From an uncultured Clostridia bacterium (GTDB lineage: Bacteria > Bacillota > Clostridia > Christensenellales > Borkfalkiaceae), in contig CASDRK010000011.1 of NCBI GenBank assembly GCA_949283125.1, forward strand, positions 23,363 to 87,362: DNA of 64,000 nucleotides. Reading direction: 5' to 3'. Numbering within the stretch: the first letter of the stretch is position 1; every line of letters begins with the position of its first letter. The notes under the pieces are model-generated. The model saw only the letters and a list, made by a program, of their open reading frames with translations. It did not search any database and was not told the origin of the DNA. This document shows, piece after piece, positions 17,436 to 23,639 of the stretch. The position numbers and the translations under genes are program-made.

Positions 17436-18674
17436 TCAAAAGATTATAGTATCCTTATTCAAGCTAACGTTTGTAACAGGCACGATAAACGAAGATACAC
17501 CTGATACATCTGTCAGATATATATACTTCGTCTCCGAAAATTTCTCCGAAGTATCTTCATTAGTCACGTTAACGCTTATTTTGAAAAACGCCGTCTCCTC
17601 AAACCCTTCTACAATGCGACTATCTGTAAAAAGTTCGCGGACTTCTTCCAATACTGCTTTTTTCTGCGTAGCGCTAAGCGAAGAAATGCCGCCGACGCAA
17701 TACTTTGATACAAAATCTTCAAACGATGTGTTGAAGGTACAGATGCGGTTATAATAGGTATCATAGGTAGGGTAGGTGTTTTCATTGACAGCGCCGGTGG
17801 AGTCGATATAATTGCCGCCGGAAATCAACCAACCGTGACCATAGCTCAACTCTCTTTCATCATACCCCACGCCGTAATCGTCGCACATACTCGAGAAGTC
17901 TACTTCGTATTGCGTTGATACATTTACTGATATAGCGGGAACAATTGTGCCGGCAGAACGAAAAACCTGATAAGAAATAGAGCTATCCGCCCCCGTATCT
18001 TTAAGGACTATGTCAGAACCGTTAATAACCACATCGGTTATTTTGCAACGATAATCTATGCGGCATGTATCGGTAATGGAAGGATTATTGACGGAAGATA
18101 CCGTAAGAGTGATAGGACAACCGAAAGCCTGACTGCATGATACCGTACAAGATAAGGTATCACTTGAAGGGCTTATCTGTATAAAATCCGCTTCGGTCAC
18201 GCCGATACCTGCAAGCTCGGACGTAGCATAATCGCCGTCACCGTCATTGTACCAAGCTTCTTCCGTATAATACGGATTGCCGTCTTCATTCTCGGCGGTC
18301 TCATTCCACGAAACAGACCATACCAAATCCTTAATGGTCGCTTCTTCGGGATTGACCGTTGCCGTGACGACTTGCGCATTCTCCGCCATAGGCGATATAC
18401 CGTATTCGGCATATTTCTCCACAGGAATATTCATGCTCGTAAGCGCAATCGCGCCGCCCGGCTGACTTTCGCCTATCACCATGCTGCCCTCGTCAACAGG
18501 CTGTTTGCCTTCTGCGGACTGTTCAATCTGTTCGCCTTTGCCCCAACTGTTAAACCATGTGGCAATATCGCTGTTCGTGAACCAGCTCGAACCTACGCCA
18601 CACGCAATCACAATAGCGAGCGCAAGCACGATTGCAATAACCGCAACTATGGCGTTCTTTGTTGATTTTCTCAT
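17436..18674 (-). CDS. Membrane-anchored protein (412 aa), large ectodomain
   Basis: N-terminal TM ..AIVAVIAIVLALAIVIACGV.. and SD AAGGAG. No recognisable family. Confidence 0.6.
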   Translation of the reverse strand: MRKSTKNAIVAVIAIVLALAIVIACGVGSSWFTNSDIATWFNSWGKGEQIEQSAEGKQPVDEGSMVIGESQPGGAIALTSMNIPVEKYAEYGISPMAENAQVVTATVNPEEATIKDLVWSVSWNETAENEDGNPYYTEEAWYNDGDGDYATSELAGIGVTEADFIQISPSSDTLSCTVSCSQAFGCPITLTVSSVNNPSITDTCRIDYRCKITDVVINGSDIVLKDTGADSSISYQVFRSAGTIVPAISVNVSTQYEVDFSSMCDDYGVGYDERELSYGHGWLISGGNYIDSTGAVNENTYPTYDTYYNRICTFNTSFEDFVSKYCVGGISSLSATQKKAVLEEVRELFTDSRIVEGFEETAFFKISVNVTNEDTSEKFSETKYIYLTDVSGVSSFIVPVTNVSLNKDTIIF

Positions 18675-18696
18675 TATTGTTTATCTCCTTGAAAAT

Positions 18697-18894
18697 TTAA
18701 TATTTTTTAGCTTTTTTACAGAGTAAAGCATACTCATAATCGTGGTGTTCTTTCATTGCACGTTCAACGGCTTTTAAATCACCGCGCCGTGCCGCCGTGT
18801 CTAACTTCTGTTCACTACGCTCGTACATACCCTGCAACTTCGCCGCAGAGGTAGTACGGGCAAGCTTCTTTTGTTTTCGCGTGAACCAAATCAT
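18697..18894 (-). CDS. Small hypothetical protein (65 aa)
   Basis: ORF in the co-oriented array; charged and helical-looking. Confidence 0.4.
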   Translation of the reverse strand: MIWFTRKQKKLARTTSAAKLQGMYERSEQKLDTAARRGDLKAVERAMKEHHDYEYALLCKKAKKY

Positions 18895-18896
18895 AG

Positions 18897-19217
18897 TTAA
18901 AACTTCACCGACTTGCTACGCATAGAACGGCGAACGCCTTTATTTTCATACGAACGAATTGTATTACGAACATAGCCGCGCGCTTCGTTCTTATATAAAT
19001 CGGCAAGCGTATCGCGCGCGGACTGATAACCGTATGTAACATCAACACACCCCGAACCCATACCGCGATAACCCTTACCGTCCTTACGGCGTTTACCTGT
19101 CAACTGTACCTGATACCCACCGTATGCGCCCGAAACCCGTAATTCATTGCCCGTGCGTAAGCAATATTTTTCGTTCAGCCTATCGACTTCGGCTTGTAAA
19201 TCTCTTTTTGTAATCAT
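18897..19217 (-). CDS. Small hypothetical protein (106 aa)
   Basis: SD GAGGTG 6 nt upstream of the ATG. Confidence 0.5.
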   Translation of the reverse strand: MITKRDLQAEVDRLNEKYCLRTGNELRVSGAYGGYQVQLTGKRRKDGKGYRGMGSGCVDVTYGYQSARDTLADLYKNEARGYVRNTIRSYENKGVRRSMRSKSVKF

Positions 19218-19226
19218 AACAACACC

Positions 19227-19469
19227 TCAACATTTCAGTTTGCCGACCACAACGCCGTTCCCGTCCACGACAAGGCACATATCGCCTTTGCCGCTTGTCT
19301 TTTTCTTCCTACCTGTCGCCTTGCCGCAGACGGAGTTCACGCCGTTGCGGAAAGACTGTTTGCTTTTGCTATCGGGACAATTTACGCGCTTGCCCGCTTT
19401 TGCCGCGGCATACGCACGCCCCATATGGTACGCTTTGCGCTCTTTGGCTGAATAACTTCTCTTTGCCAT
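19227..19469 (-). CDS. Small basic hypothetical protein (80 aa from MAKRSYSAKERKAY..)
   Basis: The ORF track gives 19227..19487. The ATG at 19469 avoids overlap with the upstream ORF. It carries the Y-S-x-K-E-R-K-A-Y-x-x-G motif. Confidence 0.45.
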   Translation of the reverse strand: MAKRSYSAKERKAYHMGRAYAAAKAGKRVNCPDSKSKQSFRNGVNSVCGKATGRKKKTSGKGDMCLVVDGNGVVVGKLKC

Positions 19470-19474
19470 ATGAA

Positions 19475-19684
19475 TTAAACCTCGCAATTTTTTATTTTTT
19501 GTTTTACTTCGTCATAGCTTTCGGCTGCAAATATGCCCGTGCCTTTGCCCTTTTCGTCAAGCCCCGTTTCCACAAATGTTCCGTCTTTGTCCTCAATCAC
19601 GCCCGTTACAATTCGTACAGGTACCATACACCGTTCACGCGCCTTGTTGTTACTCCACATTGTAAGTTCCAAAAACCCTTTCAT
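19475..19684 (-). CDS. Small hypothetical protein (69 aa)
   Basis: SD GAGGTG upstream. Confidence 0.45.
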   Translation of the reverse strand: MKGFLELTMWSNNKARERCMVPVRIVTGVIEDKDGTFVETGLDEKGKGTGIFAAESYDEVKQKIKNCEV

Positions 19685-19717
19685 TTTTTACACCTCGTTT
19701 CCTTATTGTCCTTATTT

Positions 19718-19750
19718 AACACCCTTGCAGAGAGCAACACCCTTACAGGG
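19718..19750. repeat. Two 13-bp direct repeats AACACCCTT(G/A)CAG with 18-bp period
   Basis: Copies at 19718-19730 and 19736-19748, in the spacer upstream of the 69-aa ORF. Confidence 0.8.
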
Positions 19751-19830
19751 AATTTTACTGTTAAGAAATGATATATAGCCGTCTGCCCGCCTGCGGAGTT
19801 TTCCACAGACGGGTTGACGGTATCTATCTT

Positions 19831-20298
19831 TTATGCCGCCGTTTCGGGGTCTGCCTCAACGGTACGTATCTGTTTATTGACCATATTCATAAGCATAGTG
19901 AGCAGGTCGACGTCGCTTTTGCCCGTCGGCTTGACTTCGGCGTGCCATACAACGCCGTTTTCGTCTACGGTGTTGACTGTGTAAACGGTGGTATGCTGTT
20001 TCTTGCCGTTGAACTCCGTTACCTTGTCGATAATATCGAGTTCGGCGGCGGGGCTTACGTCAAAGACCAAATCGAGAGGGACATAACCGCCCTTATCCTT
20101 CGGCGAGAAATCAACAGCAATACGACGACCGCGCAATGTGCCGCAGAGCTTATACTTAAAGTAAAGTCTGCCGTCATTCGTCACGTACTGATTGCCGCGC
20201 TTATCGAGCACGGGTTCACGGCGTATTACAAAATTGCCGTTCCTCATTTCCGCTACCTGTTCCATAGTTCCGTTCGTTGCCTTCTTTTCAGTTGCCAT
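19831..20298 (-). CDS. Hypothetical protein (155 aa), beta-rich; possible ssDNA-binding role is speculative
   Basis: SD AAAGGAG. No motif recognised. Confidence 0.5.
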   Translation of the reverse strand: MATEKKATNGTMEQVAEMRNGNFVIRREPVLDKRGNQYVTNDGRLYFKYKLCGTLRGRRIAVDFSPKDKGGYVPLDLVFDVSPAAELDIIDKVTEFNGKKQHTTVYTVNTVDENGVVWHAEVKPTGKSDVDLLTMLMNMVNKQIRTVEADPETAA

Positions 20299-20501
20299 AA
20301 TTTTAATAATCTCCTTTGGCAGTCGGTTGCCAGCCGTCCGATTTTTGCCCCCTTACGGGGAGTGGTGGGGACTGCAAGACGCCACCCTTGCACGAACGCT
20401 TGCCGCGCTCCTTTGGGCTATGTCCCCATAATGGCGGGGTGCAGAGGTCACCCCGCTTTACAGGAGGAATGCCCGATTGCTCGGGCTATGGAAAGCCGTC
20501 T
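20299..20501 (-). other. 200-nt GC-rich, highly structured non-coding spacer
   Basis: Several stems, for example GCGGGGTG-cagagg-TCACCCCGC (about 20433-20456), GCCCGA-ttgc-TCGGGC (20471-20486) and CCCCCTTACGGGG (20348-20360). No plausible ORF. Confidence 0.6.
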
Positions 20502-20741
20502 TTATTCTGTCGCCGCTTCAAGATTTTCAATAGCTTCACTAAGGCTATCAAGGGCATAGTCCATATTATTTATGTTATCGCCCGCAATTTCGCCGCGTTC
20601 GCTTTCCTGTATGCCCGCGGGCATATTATCGTAATATTCCTGTTCTTCGTCGCGCAACTGCTCAATGGCAGTTTGTATATCTTGTAACTGTTCAATCAGT
20701 TTGTAAAGTTCATTACGCCGTGTTTTATTCATTTTCGCCAC
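20502..20741 (-). CDS. Small acidic coiled-coil protein (79 aa)
   Basis: SD AAAGGACGGTGG. Heptad-like ..ELYKLIEQLQDIQTAIEQLRDEEQEYYD... Confidence 0.5.
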   Translation of the reverse strand: MAKMNKTRRNELYKLIEQLQDIQTAIEQLRDEEQEYYDNMPAGIQESERGEIAGDNINNMDYALDSLSEAIENLEAATE

Positions 20742-20747
20742 CGTCCT

Positions 20748-21371
20748 TTATTCTTCCTCAACCATAGGAGCATTGCAGTCCATACACATAATGTTTACGC
20801 GCTTTGTCGCCCTGACCGATTGCCCGCATATGGGGCAAATATACTTGCGCGTGCTCGTGTTCTTCGTTATCTGACATTTCATAACGGGTAAGCGATAAAT
20901 GACCGTAGGCGGGTTTGCCGCCGCAAATTCGGCTATCATTGCCGCCGTTTCGTCCGTCAATGTCGTATGCGACCAGCCGATTTTTGCCACGCACTCAACC
21001 TTTAAGCCATGTTCTTCGGCTATCTTCTTGAATAGCTTGTTGTGGTAGTTACCCGACCGCGACGTGTCTTTCATTTCGTGAACCGTCGCAAACTGATGGC
21101 ACATTTCGTGTATCAGTGTTGCCGATATCTCACCAATAGGGCGGTGAAGCTGCTGTGCCGTCATATTCAGTTCGTGTTCGCCGTCGTCGTCGGTGTTTTC
21201 ACGCCAAACTTTGCCCTGCGACCACCAGCCATTTGTTTTATTGCGCTCGTCCGTCTGCACAGTGATTACAGGCTTTACAAGCTCCCCGCCGAACAGTTCG
21301 GCGTTTATATGGTCGTATAACTTGCCGAGATATGCGACCGTCTCAATGTACTTGTCCGTTCCGTTTAACAT
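20748..21371 (-). CDS. SprT-like zinc metalloprotease with C-terminal zinc ribbon
   Basis: 207 aa. HEMCH (HExxH) is embedded in ..ISATLIHEMCHQF.. and the C-terminus has CPICG...CMDCN. Confidence 0.7.
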   Translation of the reverse strand: MLNGTDKYIETVAYLGKLYDHINAELFGGELVKPVITVQTDERNKTNGWWSQGKVWRENTDDDGEHELNMTAQQLHRPIGEISATLIHEMCHQFATVHEMKDTSRSGNYHNKLFKKIAEEHGLKVECVAKIGWSHTTLTDETAAMIAEFAAANPPTVIYRLPVMKCQITKNTSTRKYICPICGQSVRATKRVNIMCMDCNAPMVEEE

Positions 21372-21437
21372 TGTTTCGATACCTCACTTTTGTTTATTTG
21401 CCCGTATAGCCGTTAGCACAGCTTTTAATTAAATTGC

Positions 21438-21668
21438 TTAACGACAAACTACTCTCAAATACTCTTTCGCGTCGTCAATACTCTCATGCTCGACAATGTC
21501 ATAATCAGGGGCTTGAATAGTGATAACATTATTCTCAAACCCAGATTGAACCTCAAGCAATAAATTTGCTTTAAGTAAATCTGCCGCAACTCCGAAGAAT
21601 GCAAGAATTTTACCGTTGTCGTCCACAGCTACACGCACATTTGTGTTCCTGTTAATTTTAAATTTCAT
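21438..21668 (-). CDS. Small hypothetical protein (76 aa), first ORF at the right end of the element
   Basis: SD AAAGGAG upstream. Confidence 0.45.
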   Translation of the reverse strand: MKFKINRNTNVRVAVDDNGKILAFFGVAADLLKANLLLEVQSGFENNVITIQAPDYDIVEHESIDDAKEYLRVVCR

Positions 21669-21713
21669 TTCCGTTTCTCCTTTGCGTAATGCCGCCGCCC
21701 GTATTAGAACAAT

Positions 21714-21753
21714 AAAAAAACGGTATAGAGCAGTTCCTTTACTGTTCTATACC
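21714..21753 (-). terminator. Hairpin plus T7 run on the minus strand at the right end of the element
   Basis: The minus strand reads GGTATAGAACAGT-aaagga-ACTGCTCTATACC followed by GTTTTTTT (one mismatch in a 13-bp stem). Confidence 0.5.
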
Positions 21754-21769
21754 ATTGTAAAACTATACC

Positions 21770-21787
21770 CCCCTGGCGCCGCCGCCA
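21770..21787. repeat. Right copy of the 18-bp direct repeat CCCCTGGCGCCGCCGCCA (attR-like)
   Basis: Identical to 9460-9477. Confidence 0.8.
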
Positions 21788-21806
21788 TATTGGGCGGCCA
21801 AAACAA

Positions 21807-21835
21807 TTGTCTTTTGGCGTGTTATATGATATAAT
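21807..21835 (+). promoter_or_regulatory. Candidate sigma-A promoter for plsX (TTGTCT - 17 nt - TATAAT)
   Basis: -35 at 21807-21812 and -10 at 21830-21835, about 85 nt upstream of plsX. Confidence 0.5.
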
Positions 21836-21919
21836 CATATAAGCGGACGGTGGCTGTCCGCCCGCGGCGCGGGCGGGCCGGCCGGCGCAGACAATAATCC
21901 TGACCGGGGGTTTTTACTC

Positions 21920-22954
21920 ATGGACAAAATAATAGTGGACGGAATGGGCGGCGACAACGCCCCCGCCAGCACATGCGCGGGCGTGGCCCGCGCCCTCAAC
22001 GAGGACGACAAACTGTACATCATCCTTACGGGCAGAAAGTCCGAACTCGAAGCCTGCTTAAAGGACTGCGTCTATCCCGCGGACAGACTGGAGATAGTGG
22101 ACTGTCCCGACGTGATAGGCATGAACGACATCCCTACCGAGGCCGTAAAGAGAAAGGATTCCTCGCTCATGCGGGCGTTCTGGATGCTCAAAAAACAGGA
22201 CGACGTCGCCGGGCTCGTCACTGCCGGCTCCACCGGCGCTACCATAGTGGGCGGTCAGCTGATACTGGGCAGGATACGCGGCATAAAGCGCCCCGCGCTC
22301 ACGCCGGCCGTGCCCAACGTAAACGGCAAAATGGTGGTGCTGTGCGACTGCGGCGCCAACGCCGAATGCAAGCCTTCCATGCTCTGCCAGTTCGCCCTGC
22401 TGGGCAGCGCCTACGCCGCCGTCGGCCTCGGCGTTAAGGAGCCCAAAGTCGGGCTTCTGAACAACGGCGCGGAGGAGCACAAGGGCGATCCCGTCCATCA
22501 GACGGCTTATAAGTACTTAAAGAGGATGAAAGGCATAAATTTCATCGGAAACATCGAAGGCAGGGACATAAACACCGCCGACGTCGACGTGGTCGTTTCG
22601 GACGGTTTTTCGGGCAATATAGCCCTTAAGACCATGGAAGGCACGGCCAAAATGATACTCAAGACCATGAAAAAGCAGCTCATGGCGGATACCCGCTCCA
22701 AGATAGGCGCGCTGCTCTGCAAAAAGGCCATAGCGCGCATGCGCGCGGATCTCGACTTCGAGGCCGCCGGCGGCGCGATGCTTCTGGGCGTGAAAAAAGT
22801 GGTGGTGAAAAATCACGGCTCTTCGTCGGCCGTGTCCATATGCAACGCCGTGCACAAGGCGGCGGAGCTGTATCGCTCGGGGCTGATCGGCAAGGTGGAA
22901 AGCCTGCTGGCGGAAGCCGATCTGTCCTCGATTATTCCGCAGGAAGATGAATGA
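21920..22954 (+). CDS. plsX: Phosphate acyltransferase PlsX
   Basis: 344 aa. The N-terminus IIVDGMGGDNAP and ..VVSDGFSGNIALKT.. are PlsX signatures. Confidence 0.95.
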   Translation: MDKIIVDGMGGDNAPASTCAGVARALNEDDKLYIILTGRKSELEACLKDCVYPADRLEIVDCPDVIGMNDIPTEAVKRKDSSLMRAFWMLKKQDDVAGLVTAGSTGATIVGGQLILGRIRGIKRPALTPAVPNVNGKMVVLCDCGANAECKPSMLCQFALLGSAYAAVGLGVKEPKVGLLNNGAEEHKGDPVHQTAYKYLKRMKGINFIGNIEGRDINTADVDVVVSDGFSGNIALKTMEGTAKMILKTMKKQLMADTRSKIGALLCKKAIARMRADLDFEAAGGAMLLGVKKVVVKNHGSSSAVSICNAVHKAAELYRSGLIGKVESLLAEADLSSIIPQEDE

Positions 22955-23567
22955 CGTCGAGCGCGCCCTCGGCTATGAGTTTGCCGACGGCGAACTGCTG
23001 CGCCGCGCACTCACCTTAAAGGGCGCGGACGAACATTTCAACAACGAAAGTCTGGAGTGCCTCGGCGATTCGCTCATAGGCTTCGTGGTCGCGGAAAAAT
23101 TTTATCTGCAGGGGCTGGACGAGGGCGGCATCACCGCCCGGAAAAAGTCCGTGGTCAACGACCGGGCTTTGGCCGAAGTTTCGCGCGCGCTCGGGCTGGA
23201 CGCGGCAATAATCAGACCCAAGGGCGTGTTTGCCAACAAAAAGGCCGTGCCTTCCGCGTACGAAGCCGTGGCCGCCGCGATATATCTCGACGGCGGGATG
23301 CGCGCGGCAAAGGACTTCATACTGCGCACGCTCGATTTCGACAGGCGCGAAAAGGACTATATCGCCATGCTGCAGGAGGCCCTGCAGGGCAGGGGGCTGC
23401 CGCTGCCCGTCTACAGCCACGGGCTGGACGAGGGCAGGGACGGCGAACACGACTTCGTTGTGACGGTCAGGGCTTGGGACATGAGCTTTTACGGCCGAGG
23501 GCCCAACACCGCCGCCGCCCGCCGCGCCGCGGCCAAAGCGGCGTGCGAAACTCTGTTCGGGGAATAG
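22947..23567 (+). CDS. rnc: Ribonuclease III (divergent)
   Basis: 206 aa. The RNase III signature-like ESLECLGDS stands in for ERLEFLGDA. There is a C-terminal dsRBD-like segment, and the plsX-rnc-smc-ftsY order is conserved. Confidence 0.75.
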   Translation: MNDVERALGYEFADGELLRRALTLKGADEHFNNESLECLGDSLIGFVVAEKFYLQGLDEGGITARKKSVVNDRALAEVSRALGLDAAIIRPKGVFANKKAVPSAYEAVAAAIYLDGGMRAAKDFILRTLDFDRREKDYIAMLQEALQGRGLPLPVYSHGLDEGRDGEHDFVVTVRAWDMSFYGRGPNTAAARRAAAKAACETLFGE

Positions 23568-23639
23568 CGCGCGGGCCGTCGGTCCGCGTTCGGGCCGCGC
23601 CCGGCACAGGGCGCGCGCACCGCGTCAAAGAGGAAACAT

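Larger units (their letters stand above)
9478..21769 (-). mobile_element. Integrated ~12.3 kb element: inovirus-like (HUH Rep plus Zot-like ATPase) with an IS30-family transposase
   Basis: Bounded by the 18-bp direct repeat and AT-richer than the flanks. More than 20 co-oriented ORFs have strong SD sites. See the individual genes. Confidence 0.7.

Noticed and set aside
20192-20687. Plus-strand ORFs 20192-20431 and 20316-20687 across the structured spacer
   Set aside because: They lie opposite to the uniformly minus-strand gene array, have no ribosome-binding site, and span stem-loop sequences and antisense parts of neighbouring genes.
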